From: Euryarchaeota archaeon UBA126
GTDB taxonomy: Archaea; Thermoplasmatota; Poseidoniia; Poseidoniales; Thalassarchaeaceae
DNA length: 44,747 nucleotides
Direction of reading: 5' to 3'
Assembly (NCBI GenBank): GCA_002497025.1
Contig: DAMG01000041.1
Location: forward strand, 1-44,747
How positions within the stretch are numbered: the first letter of the stretch is position 1; every line of letters starts with the position of its first letter. Both the position numbers and the translations under genes were made by a program. The notes beneath the pieces are model-generated. The model worked only from the letters and a program-made list of their open reading frames with translations, searched no databases and was not told the origin of the DNA. Of the stretch, positions 18,515-27,160 are shown one piece after another.

Positions 18515-18531
18515 CGCCCCCTATGGGGGCG
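18515..18531 (-). terminator. Mini-hairpin CGCCCCC-TAT-GGGGGCG, 16 nt after the thiolase stop and upstream of the rpoK promoter
   Basis: Perfect 7-bp G/C stem with a 3-nt A/T loop, read directly. The strongest member of the hairpin family. Confidence 0.35.
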
Positions 18532-18546
18532 GATTTCTAGCATACT

Positions 18547-19704
18547 TCAGGCTTCAATCAGCATCCCAACAGCGTTGCCGCCACCGAGGCAAATTGTTAC
18601 AATTCCAATACCACCATTATTTCGATTCAGGGCATTTACGAGAGTCATCAGGCAACGTGTTCCAGTTGCCCCAAGCGGGTGCCCAATCGCCACCGCTCCT
18701 CCGTGTGGATTGAATCCCTCATCTGGGAACTCAAATGCATTCTGAATGGCACACGAAGCGGCTGCAAAAGCCTCATTATGCTCTAAAATATCTATATCAG
18801 AAATTTCCAATTTGTTCCGGTCTAGGAGCATTTGAATGGCAGGAATAGGAGCAGACATAACCCTATTTGGCTCTACACCAGATGTGACGTAATCAATGAT
18901 TTTAGCAAGTATTGGCCAGCCATTTTCATTGGCGATTTCCTCAGAAGCGATTAGAACGGCTGAACCTCCATCAGACACCTGACTTGCGTTACCAGCGGTA
19001 ACTTGCCCATCATCCTTGAATACAGTTCTAAGTCCAGTGAGACCTTCAATGGATGTATCAATTCTAATTCCTTCATCTCGCTCCAACTCGTCGATGGAAA
19101 CAACCTCTTCTGCAAGCCATCCATTTTCCCAGGCCGAGTCAGATAGTGTGTGCGAACGGAGTGCATATCTGTCAGATTCTAAACGAGAAATATTCGCTTC
19201 TTTTGCGATTGTCTCGCCAGTAATTCCCATCATTGATCCATCATAGGCATCCTTCAGACCATCGTGACTCAAAATCCCGGTCAATTCTGCAAATGAAATT
19301 TCATCACCTCGCTTTGCCCCACGAATAAAGTGCGGTGCTTGACTCATGGACTCCATTCCACCAGCAATTACAACATTGGATTTTCCAGCCATGATTTCTG
19401 TTGCAGCAACCATTGCTGCCTTGAGGCTTGAACCGCAGACTTTGTTGATGGTAGTACATGGGGTTGAGTAGGGCAGTCCAGCAGCTATCGCTACTTGGCG
19501 AGCAGGTGCTTGTCCTGCCCCTGCTTGAAGCACCTGTCCCATGTAGACTTGATCGATAATTCCGCTATGAGGGTCTATTCCAGCCCGTTCCAATACTCCC
19601 TCTACAGCCAATGTACCCAATTCTACCGCGGTGTAATTGGCTAATGCTCCACGAAAGCGGCCGAAAGGAGTTCTCGCATATGCGCATATGACCGGAGTCG
19701 ACAC
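18547..19704 (-). CDS. Acetyl-CoA C-acetyltransferase (thiolase II, bacterial/eukaryal type)
   Basis: 385 aa. Active-site Cys context NKVCGSSLKA, NEAFAA, and C-terminal GHPLGATG and CLGGGNAVGM motifs. GTG start. Confidence 0.88.
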   Translation of the reverse strand: MSTPVICAYARTPFGRFRGALANYTAVELGTLAVEGVLERAGIDPHSGIIDQVYMGQVLQAGAGQAPARQVAIAAGLPYSTPCTTINKVCGSSLKAAMVAATEIMAGKSNVVIAGGMESMSQAPHFIRGAKRGDEISFAELTGILSHDGLKDAYDGSMMGITGETIAKEANISRLESDRYALRSHTLSDSAWENGWLAEEVVSIDELERDEGIRIDTSIEGLTGLRTVFKDDGQVTAGNASQVSDGGSAVLIASEEIANENGWPILAKIIDYVTSGVEPNRVMSAPIPAIQMLLDRNKLEISDIDILEHNEAFAAASCAIQNAFEFPDEGFNPHGGAVAIGHPLGATGTRCLMTLVNALNRNNGGIGIVTICLGGGNAVGMLIEA

Positions 19705-19763
19705 AGGCGAGGCGAGCGAGTTACTCCCCTTGAAAGGTGCGATGGGAAAGCCGATGCTATCCC

Positions 19764-20867
19764 TCAGTTTTCGGATGAATAACCGTAAAATTCCGCATTC
19801 TTCAATTCGGGTCTGAAATCAGGTTTTACAAGTATGGTTCGAACAGCCCAGAGGTCCTTGAAGATACGATATTGAGAGGTTGCATCGAGATAATCGACAC
19901 CACTAGTTCCACCAGTTCCAATTCTTCTACCCATTATTCTCTCTACCATTCTTGCGTGTGAATGTCGCCACTTAACCATGGACTCTTCAAGTTCTACAAT
20001 TGCATCGATTAGAGTTCGTGGCCAAGTTAATAATGGCAATTCTCTGTATGATTCGATGAATAGTAATCCAGCACGAGCGCGGCTGATTTTTCCGTCTGGC
20101 TTGAGAAAATCAATGGCTCCTTGGTGAGATGCGGCAAAGCGCTCTGCTGCTTTTTCGGAAGTAGAAGCACCATACCCCGACATTCGCTCGGCGGCTTGCT
20201 TCCCTATGTTTTCGTGTGAACTCAGATGAGCGTCGATATACTCTGTAACGGCATGCTCGTCGTCATCATTTCCTGCTAATGAACCCATGATTGGAGTCCT
20301 AGATACCCATTGCAGCAAGGACTCACTTAGGGATGGTTTGGAAGCGACATCTTCCAAGCGGGCGAGAATAGCAGCATCTCTTTCGGAATTCTTTGCTAAC
20401 TTGCGAAATGTACTGATAGGGTCCATTCCATACAATCTATCTTCATTGGCCAAACCAAGTAAAATTTCGAATTCGCGCATTTGGTAGGATTCAAATCCAG
20501 ACGCAGTCCCAAGCCCGTCTCTGAATGCTAAGAATCCTTGAGGAGTCAAAGTTTCCAATACAGTCCACTGATTCGCCATTAATCGAAAAATTTCGGTTGT
20601 GCGTCCGAGGTGGTCGACTGCCCTTGGAATATCGTCCTCAGGAACATGATTTTGTGCGAGAATATCTCGAACTTCAGTTAATTCACGAATGACCTGTTTG
20701 AACCAAAGTTCGAAGGTTTGGTGAACGATTATGAAATGCATTTCATCTGGACTTACTCCTCTATCTTCTCCTTGAAGTTCTAACAAAGCGGGCAATTGTA
20801 GGTAGTCTCCGTATGTCCAATTGCCCTCGCTGCCTGAGCCGCCCATGCTGTCCGGATGACGCTTCAC
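19764..20867 (-). CDS. kynA: Tryptophan 2,3-dioxygenase
   Basis: YGDYLQLPALLELQ...DEMHFIIVHQTFELWFKQ N-terminal signature. Proximal-His region WRHSHARMVERIMGRRIGTGGTSG matches human TDO [24 protein letters not shown] (from memory). GTG start at 20867, alternative ATG at 20846. Confidence 0.82.
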   Translation of the reverse strand: MKRHPDSMGGSGSEGNWTYGDYLQLPALLELQGEDRGVSPDEMHFIIVHQTFELWFKQVIRELTEVRDILAQNHVPEDDIPRAVDHLGRTTEIFRLMANQWTVLETLTPQGFLAFRDGLGTASGFESYQMREFEILLGLANEDRLYGMDPISTFRKLAKNSERDAAILARLEDVASKPSLSESLLQWVSRTPIMGSLAGNDDDEHAVTEYIDAHLSSHENIGKQAAERMSGYGASTSEKAAERFAASHQGAIDFLKPDGKISRARAGLLFIESYRELPLLTWPRTLIDAIVELEESMVKWRHSHARMVERIMGRRIGTGGTSGVDYLDATSQYRIFKDLWAVRTILVKPDFRPELKNAEFYGYSSEN

Positions 20868-20907
20868 GCTTGAATCGTTACCCTAGCCACAGTTCGGAAT
20901 AGGAACC

Positions 20908-20915
20908 GTATAAAT
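20908..20915 (+). promoter_or_regulatory. TATA box (GTATAAAT) for the GNAT gene
   Basis: Centred about 26 nt upstream of the ATG at 20938, which implies a leaderless or near-leaderless mRNA. Confidence 0.4.
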
Positions 20916-20937
20916 TGTAGAATTTAGTCGACAATCT

Positions 20938-21543
20938 ATGACTGGTAGATGCGGCGGTCCACAAGAAAAGTCGGACGTATTTCGACCTGCAAGTCAACTT
21001 CATGTCCAAGAAGGTCTTGATTTACATCTCGTCGGTAATGCTGACGCAGCGGAATTATTCTCCGTTGTCGACTCTAACAGAGATTACCTCAGGCAATGGT
21101 TACCTTGGCTTGATGCAACGAATAGCATTGATGATGAAGCCGCATTCATTTCAAATAGCCTTGATGAATATGAAAAACGAGAAGGAGTATTCTACACAAT
21201 CCTACTCAATAACCGTATCATAGGAACGATTAGCCTAAATTGGATAGATTGGGGAAATAGGGCGGCAGGTGTCGGATATTGGCTGTCTGAGGACCAAACT
21301 GGAAACGGATACGTAACGAAATCTTGTATTCGATTGATGGAACATTGCTTCAACGATCTAAATCTACACAGATTTGTTCTTGAAGCGGCTGTAGACAATA
21401 TCCCGAGCTGTGAGATTGCAGACAGAATAGGTATGAGATTAGAGGGAGTAACCAAAGATAGAGAGTGGCTATACGATCACTATGTCAATGCCAAATTATA
21501 TGCAATCACAAAGCCGGAATGGGATGAAAAGCGCGCTTCCTGA
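20938..21543 (+). CDS. GNAT-family N-acetyltransferase (RimJ/RimL-like)
   Basis: 201 aa. The pattern LRQWLPWLD ... IGTISL ... AGVGYWLSEDQTGNGYVTK ... HRFVLEAAVDN is typical of RimL-type acetyltransferases. Confidence 0.72.
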   Translation: MTGRCGGPQEKSDVFRPASQLHVQEGLDLHLVGNADAAELFSVVDSNRDYLRQWLPWLDATNSIDDEAAFISNSLDEYEKREGVFYTILLNNRIIGTISLNWIDWGNRAAGVGYWLSEDQTGNGYVTKSCIRLMEHCFNDLNLHRFVLEAAVDNIPSCEIADRIGMRLEGVTKDREWLYDHYVNAKLYAITKPEWDEKRAS

Positions 21544-21544
21544 A

Positions 21545-23686
21545 TTACCCAAGTAACCCGTTATCAGTCATTTCACAAGTACCAGAAGGCAAGGTTGCTA
21601 AAACGTCGTCTTGTGCTAGGCCAGTAGCCTTTGCAATTCGATTGGCTATGGTTTCTTTCTTTTCTAATCCAGGTCTAATAATAGCCCATCTTTGACATAA
21701 TTTAGACACCCCCTCTACGGTTCCAGAAATTGGGATTGGGATGTTGTTGACGGTTGCAAAACCAATCGCTATTTCCATATCTACATCTCTGTACCAAGTT
21801 CTTTGTCCTCTGACAACAAATGCACCACGACCTAGCGATTCCCCACTCTCAGTTTGTTTGGAAACTTGCGCAGGGCGAGCATGGAATGCGGTTGCTGCGG
21901 CGCTACCACTGCCCCATGCACGAGACCAACATATTGCCAATTGCGCAGCTTCTTTGATGATATCAGTGGGTAGATTCTGAGCATCTTCTATTGAACCAGC
22001 GAAGTCCTGTGAAATTTGTAATGATGCAACACCTTCCGGTCTGAATCCTATAGGGTTAGGTTCAGTTTCTAACCCGTCGTGTAATCTGAGGGAGCAAGAT
22101 GGAGCCCCATGTAAATCAGCATGCACATAGAGGTCGGTAGAACGCAGATATTTCCTAACCACTGTATCATTGCCCTTTGCGTCACGGCCGCCAACAATCA
22201 TTCTACCATCCGACAAAATACCCCAGCGATGTTTTTCGAACCAGAATCTCTTGCTGCGCTTTCCTATTCTTACTCTTCCAGCCGCCGCTTCTTTCTCTCT
22301 TTTGGCAGCATCCTTGGCGACTTGATTTTCCGTCTTTTCCAAGGCCAATCTAGCTCCTTTCGCTTTATCCTTCAGTGTTCTAGCCTGTTCGAAATAAGTC
22401 TGAGCATTTTGGTGGACAGAATTTTCTACAGATAGAGTTACACTTGCTCCAGGTTCGTTATCCTCGTCCGGTAACCTAGCCAAAATGGTATGTTTTGCAG
22501 GATCAATTCTATCTATCCATGTAACATCTGTAATCTTTGAGTCTAGAGTTTGCCATCCTTCATTTTTAATCAATAAATTTACTTGACCGAGTAAATCGTC
22601 TACATGAGTCCAGTTATCCTGAATCGATTTTGCTAATTCCTGAGTCAAAGTGGCTTGAGATTCAAACCGCTCGATTGCTGAACGTTGCTGAGTAGCCCTT
22701 CGGTCGAGCTTTGCTTTCTGTTGCGCATCATCTTCACCCGCCGCGGCTAGTTTTTCTTCTTCTCGACGGATGTAAGCGATTGCATCATGTGCTCCAAATA
22801 TCACATCATATGCTTCTGATAGATCTGCGACTTTCGCTCTAAGTTTTGAATCCATGAATGGAAGATTTATTGGCGAAAATTCGTTAATCAATCCACTGGC
22901 TGAATCTCTGGCTTGAGGATCATCTTCTGCCGAATTCCAAGATTTTAATCCTTCTTTTTCTTCAAACCAGATATATGCACCTTGGTCTTCTGATAACTCA
23001 TTAAGTAATTTATTCATCGATTCACTGAGAGCCTTTCTCTGAGATTCCTCAAGAGAATCAGCAGGGTCATCTGAATCGATTTCTGCGGCACTACAAATCG
23101 CATTTCCGTAGATTCGGCCAAGGTTTGCACGCGCCGCAAGTGTCCGAATCAGAGAATGATCTGAATTATCCAATAAATTATTCAAACCACTCTTGTCAAG
23201 TTCTCTAGGGTCCAAAGTTTCTGGAGGAGGTGTGTAGGGTTCACCTCTCTTTAGAGCACGGCTTGCATATTTTGCGTGTGTTAATGGCTGAATAATCACG
23301 TCATTATCATCTAGGAGCAACACGTTTCCATCCCTAAATAATTCAATGACTAGTTTGTATTGGCCACCTCCGTGTTCGAAGGTCAAAACCACTACTCTGT
23401 CGAAGCCAATTTGCTCTACCTCAACCAAGCGTGAATTGCCTAGATGTTTTCTCAAAATCATAGCAAAAGGAGACGGATTGTTTGGCATCGGCCTATCCCT
23501 TCTAGACATATACAACCTTTTTCCGCGCACAATGACCAAATCAACTGAAGGTTTTCCCTTCGGATTTAACCTCAAAACAACTTGTTCGTAATGTGGCTGG
23601 TAGGCTTTGCGTGCGCGGGTTCCGATCATTCCCCGTAGTTCCCTGACCATGCGGGCGACATCGAATGAAGACGACTGCGCACGCAT
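21545..23686 (-). CDS. NFACT-family protein (archaeal Rqc2/FbpA homologue)
   Basis: N-terminal MRAQSSSFDVARMVRELRGMIGTRARKAYQP (NFACT-N), a long coiled-coil middle and the NFACT-R/DUF814-like VGGRDAKGNDTVVRKYLRSTDLYVHADLHGAPS. Start placed at the ATG at 23686 (alternative 23695). The ORF-track start at 23803 adds a non-conserved extension that overlaps the divergent gene. Confidence 0.8.
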   Translation of the reverse strand: MRAQSSSFDVARMVRELRGMIGTRARKAYQPHYEQVVLRLNPKGKPSVDLVIVRGKRLYMSRRDRPMPNNPSPFAMILRKHLGNSRLVEVEQIGFDRVVVLTFEHGGGQYKLVIELFRDGNVLLLDDNDVIIQPLTHAKYASRALKRGEPYTPPPETLDPRELDKSGLNNLLDNSDHSLIRTLAARANLGRIYGNAICSAAEIDSDDPADSLEESQRKALSESMNKLLNELSEDQGAYIWFEEKEGLKSWNSAEDDPQARDSASGLINEFSPINLPFMDSKLRAKVADLSEAYDVIFGAHDAIAYIRREEEKLAAAGEDDAQQKAKLDRRATQQRSAIERFESQATLTQELAKSIQDNWTHVDDLLGQVNLLIKNEGWQTLDSKITDVTWIDRIDPAKHTILARLPDEDNEPGASVTLSVENSVHQNAQTYFEQARTLKDKAKGARLALEKTENQVAKDAAKREKEAAAGRVRIGKRSKRFWFEKHRWGILSDGRMIVGGRDAKGNDTVVRKYLRSTDLYVHADLHGAPSCSLRLHDGLETEPNPIGFRPEGVASLQISQDFAGSIEDAQNLPTDIIKEAAQLAICWSRAWGSGSAAATAFHARPAQVSKQTESGESLGRGAFVVRGQRTWYRDVDMEIAIGFATVNNIPIPISGTVEGVSKLCQRWAIIRPGLEKKETIANRIAKATGLAQDDVLATLPSGTCEMTDNGLLG

Positions 23687-23760
23687 GGCTATCATTACGA
23701 GGGCAAGCGCGCCCTTCATCAGACAATCGCTTGATATCTGACGGCTTAGGCCCATTGACA

Positions 23761-24789
23761 ATGACTGGTATGGGGGGGCTTCGCATGGGCGATGGGGTGC
23801 CATACGTGCATGGTCCAGAAACCATGGGAGAAGTCGACATAGGTCTCAGAGCCTTTTGGTATCGACCAATGCTACTTCGGAATACTATCGATGTAGAAGT
23901 AGATATTGATTGGGGTATACATTGCAATGCAGATGCACTAGCCGAGCAGGCGGCAATAATGGCAAACCGAATGAATGAGGATGGGATTGAAGAGGCTGAA
24001 ATGTTGGCCTTGGACTTAGCATTTATTTTCGGATTTGACCATGAATACTTCCATCACCGCTTCGATTCAGGTCTGAGTTCTCATGTGATGCGAACTCATA
24101 CTCAAACCGGCTCATTACCAACTAATTTTGGCGTTTATGATGAATTACATGATACCATTTCTACTCATAGAGAGGGGCCGGAATGGTGGTTATTGACAGA
24201 AGAAACTCTCGCTAACGCACATATTGCAATGGATCCAACTAGACTTGGCGGATTGAAGGATGCCTTCATCGAATATGGTTTACTTCCCGAACCCGGAGAT
24301 CGTTCCAGAGGGCCATATGCGGCTTGGCGATTTGTGATATCAGATCCTTGGAAGTTCAATTGTTTAGCACACCATACTTGGTTACAGATTTTGACAGGAG
24401 AATTGGACCCAATGAATATAATTCCTGCAATTGAATCAATTACACACGAAGGTGGGACAGATGCTGCATTCGACGCTCTTGTTGATTCTATTGTAGATGC
24501 CTGTGACTTACCAGCAGATGAAGACTCGGTGCCAGATCGTGTGCTAGGTCGAAATGGAACTGAGCACCTGTTTGCTATGGGTGGTGTGCCTGATGGTATG
24601 CTCCGACGTCTCGAGGTTCCAATGCATTTTCATGGTGGTGAGGCGAACCGTATGGCAGAGAGATACGGCCCAACAAACCCAGATTGGCCATATGCAATTA
24701 TTGAGAATCTCTATGATAAATTGGGGCGATACGACGACGGTCCAGTAGACTCATGGAGTGGGGACGACCCATTCTCTTCAATGGCTTGA
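23761..24789 (+). CDS. Hypothetical protein with an HExxH (HEYFH) motif
   Basis: Long open frame with acidic composition like its neighbours. Start placed at the ATG at 23761, about 26 nt downstream of a GATATC TATA-like element (alternative ATG at 23665). No family recognised. HEYFHH is at nt 24040-24057. Confidence 0.55.
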   Translation: MTGMGGLRMGDGVPYVHGPETMGEVDIGLRAFWYRPMLLRNTIDVEVDIDWGIHCNADALAEQAAIMANRMNEDGIEEAEMLALDLAFIFGFDHEYFHHRFDSGLSSHVMRTHTQTGSLPTNFGVYDELHDTISTHREGPEWWLLTEETLANAHIAMDPTRLGGLKDAFIEYGLLPEPGDRSRGPYAAWRFVISDPWKFNCLAHHTWLQILTGELDPMNIIPAIESITHEGGTDAAFDALVDSIVDACDLPADEDSVPDRVLGRNGTEHLFAMGGVPDGMLRRLEVPMHFHGGEANRMAERYGPTNPDWPYAIIENLYDKLGRYDDGPVDSWSGDDPFSSMA

Positions 24790-24792
24790 GAA

Positions 24793-25647
24793 TCAAGCAG
24801 CGGTTTCCATGAAATCTTCGATTACAGATATAGCGGCCGCCTCATGTGCAAATTGATTACTTTCGATTTCAATTAGTCTGGAATTTGGGATTTGATTGCT
24901 AAGTTTACCGGCATCAGAGTGGTCATGTAGAGTGTCAGAAGATGCTCTGAGAATCCCTACCGGGGCGTTAGTATTGGAGAAATCAAGGTTCATTTTGTAT
25001 TTTCTAAAGACTAACGAGCAAAGCCTTAGTCTATCGATTGGCGCTGCTAATAGAGTTCTTCTATAACGAATTCTTTGGCCCTCTTCTTTCAAACGCTTGT
25101 CCAGATACCAAATTACAAATTTAACCAAAGCATCGTACAGAAATAATGGTGCGGGAATTAGAGGTCTAGCCCAAATTGGGGGAGTGAATGCTAGGTTTGG
25201 AGATAAGACAACAATACTTCGAAAAACCAATTTTTCCCCCCTAAGTCCTTCGAGTAATAGTGTAGCGCCCAATGATGAACCCATGGCGTCACAGTCTGAT
25301 GGATCAAGTCCCATCCTTGCCAAAATGATTGGTAAATCGGATGCGATATTTTGGATTTGGAACGACTCTTTGGAAATTTTCATGTCAATTCGACAACTTC
25401 CTTTTTCCCGAGTTTCAATGTAAACAACAGGTCTCTGCTTCACCCACTCCGAAAGAATCGGAAACCATCCCTCTGGAACCGAGTTCCAGCCAGGAATCAT
25501 TACAAGTGTTCTAGTTTGTTTATAATCTTCATTTTTTGGAGTCCAATGTAGGACTCTTAGATTGTATCCCGTATTTCCTTCAATCCATTTCTGTTCAACA
25601 TCTGCTCCTTCAAATTCTGGAATTTCCTGCCACAATTCCGACTGCAT
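24793..25647 (-). CDS. Alpha/beta-fold hydrolase
   Basis: 284 aa. VMIPGWNS oxyanion-region strand, nucleophile elbow GSSLG, and a C-terminal His (QFAHEAA). The start lies 1 nt after the upstream gene's stop, so it is probably co-transcribed. Confidence 0.68.
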   Translation of the reverse strand: MQSELWQEIPEFEGADVEQKWIEGNTGYNLRVLHWTPKNEDYKQTRTLVMIPGWNSVPEGWFPILSEWVKQRPVVYIETREKGSCRIDMKISKESFQIQNIASDLPIILARMGLDPSDCDAMGSSLGATLLLEGLRGEKLVFRSIVVLSPNLAFTPPIWARPLIPAPLFLYDALVKFVIWYLDKRLKEEGQRIRYRRTLLAAPIDRLRLCSLVFRKYKMNLDFSNTNAPVGILRASSDTLHDHSDAGKLSNQIPNSRLIEIESNQFAHEAAAISVIEDFMETAA

Positions 25648-25648
25648 T

Positions 25649-27160
25649 TCATTTCACCTTAACAAAATTCCATATTCCCTCTTCTTGACGAATTTTTCCA
25701 CTTTCCTCAAGTGCAAGTAAGTGTGAATAGGTTTGATCCATGGCAAGATTTGGATGAGCATCTGGAGTATCTGCGTATGCTTCACGGGTAATCGAATCAA
25801 GGCTCCCGTCGCTTGATTTCACAGCATTTAATACTCTCAAATGACGTTCTTTACGATGATTCAAATAACGTGTCAATAATCTCTTTGGATTTGCAACCAT
25901 GGGTCCATGACCTGGGAATAGAAGAGGTGGATCCAAGTCTCTCAGGCGTTCTAATCCTGCAAGATACTCATTCATGTCTCCATCTGAGGAGGGAACTAGA
26001 ATTGTGCCGAATAGTACAGCATTATCTCCACTCACAATACCTGCTTCCCCAACCAAGCAAATGTGTCCAGGACAATGACCATGTGTTTCGATAACGCTCC
26101 AAGTTTCATCATCAATCTCGATAACATCTCCCTCGCTAAGAGTCCTATCGGTTTCGCATTTTGGTAAAACGGAAAGAGTTTCTTCACTGGCAAAAATTGG
26201 TGCTTGGTAAATTTTGGAAATCTCCGATAAATCTCCTATATGATCGGGATGTTTGTGAGTAAATACAGTAGCAATTATTTTACTTCCAGATTTCTCTATT
26301 TCAGCCACCTTTTTGCTTAGTATTTCCAAGGCCTCAATCGACCTAGCAGCCGGGTCGATAAGGATTCTACTTCCGCCAGGGTGGCCTAAAACATAGCAAT
26401 CTGTATGGGTTGCTGGAGGAAGTGTGTCAGTTGGTATTGGTACTAGTTCCACACCATTTGCATATTCGATTCTATGATACCCGCTTGGAGGGTTTTTGGC
26501 TAATTCAGAGAATCCTAACTCAACTATGTCACGAATAAGTGTGACTTGAGGGGGTGGTAGCTTTACTTTGTGAGAAAGCCAGGCGTGAAGCAGTTCGGCT
26601 GGCTTCCACCATTGAAATTCATCAAATTCAGAACGACCTGTAGGTAATTTTGGTTTAATTAGATTATTTCCAGTATCGATATGATAGAATCGATTCCTAT
26701 GGCGAATTGGTGCAACCGGCGGAGTAGTTCTTTGTGTAATTTGTACAGGGTTGAAATTGTCAATTGATAATTTATTTTCAAAAACTAGTTTCGACCATTC
26801 TGATTTGTTTTCATTGACTCGATCGATAATTTCAATTCCAACATTCACAAAATCCCCATTACCATCGGGTACAACCCCTACTTCTTCCAACATTTCTCTC
26901 AATAGTGCGATTAACCACTCACGATCTTCTCTTTCAGAAAACCAAGAGGGGTTGGATTCCGCTACTTTTCGATCAACCCTACTAATCCCACCGCCCGGAA
27001 ATGCCCAAAAATCGGGGAAACTAGGGACTTCAGATACTCTATGACAGAGCAGAATTTCCATGTTTTCTCCTGAATTTCTGCTAATTACTGCTGCAGCCGA
27101 GGGTCGTGGTTTTGCGACCTTGGCCGAGGGTAATTCAACCCCCTCTGGCAACTCACCCAT
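25649..27160 (-). CDS. Fusion protein: N-terminal Nudix hydrolase domain + C-terminal LACTB2-like metallo-beta-lactamase-fold hydrolase
   Basis: Nudix box remnant FPGGG...(about 20-aa insert)...REMLEEVGV. MBL motifs THKHPDHIGD (HxHxDH), HGHCPGH, SGDNAV and FPGHGP, followed by a RYLNHRKERHLRVLNAV helix as in LACTB2-type enzymes (from memory). Confidence 0.78.
   Translation of the reverse strand: MGELPEGVELPSAKVAKPRPSAAAVISRNSGENMEILLCHRVSEVPSFPDFWAFPGGGISRVDRKVAESNPSWFSEREDREWLIALLREMLEEVGVVPDGNGDFVNVGIEIIDRVNENKSEWSKLVFENKLSIDNFNPVQITQRTTPPVAPIRHRNRFYHIDTGNNLIKPKLPTGRSEFDEFQWWKPAELLHAWLSHKVKLPPPQVTLIRDIVELGFSELAKNPPSGYHRIEYANGVELVPIPTDTLPPATHTDCYVLGHPGGSRILIDPAARSIEALEILSKKVAEIEKSGSKIIATVFTHKHPDHIGDLSEISKIYQAPIFASEETLSVLPKCETDRTLSEGDVIEIDDETWSVIETHGHCPGHICLVGEAGIVSGDNAVLFGTILVPSSDGDMNEYLAGLERLRDLDPPLLFPGHGPMVANPKRLLTRYLNHRKERHLRVLNAVKSSDGSLDSITREAYADTPDAHPNLAMDQTYSHLLALEESGKIRQEEGIWNFVKVK

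Noticed and set aside
23772-23778. G7 homopolymer at codons 4-6 of the orphan gene (and G7 at about 31296-31302 in the korA leader) as possible slipped-strand phase-variation tracts
   Set aside because: Seven bases is short for phase variation, and I know of no evidence for such switching in archaea of this type. It would need population-level read data.
23541-23927. 128-aa minus-strand ORF spanning the NFACT/orphan divergent region
   Set aside because: It is in a different frame from NFACT, crosses the promoter region and has a Ser/Pro/Arg-rich composition typical of out-of-frame readthrough.
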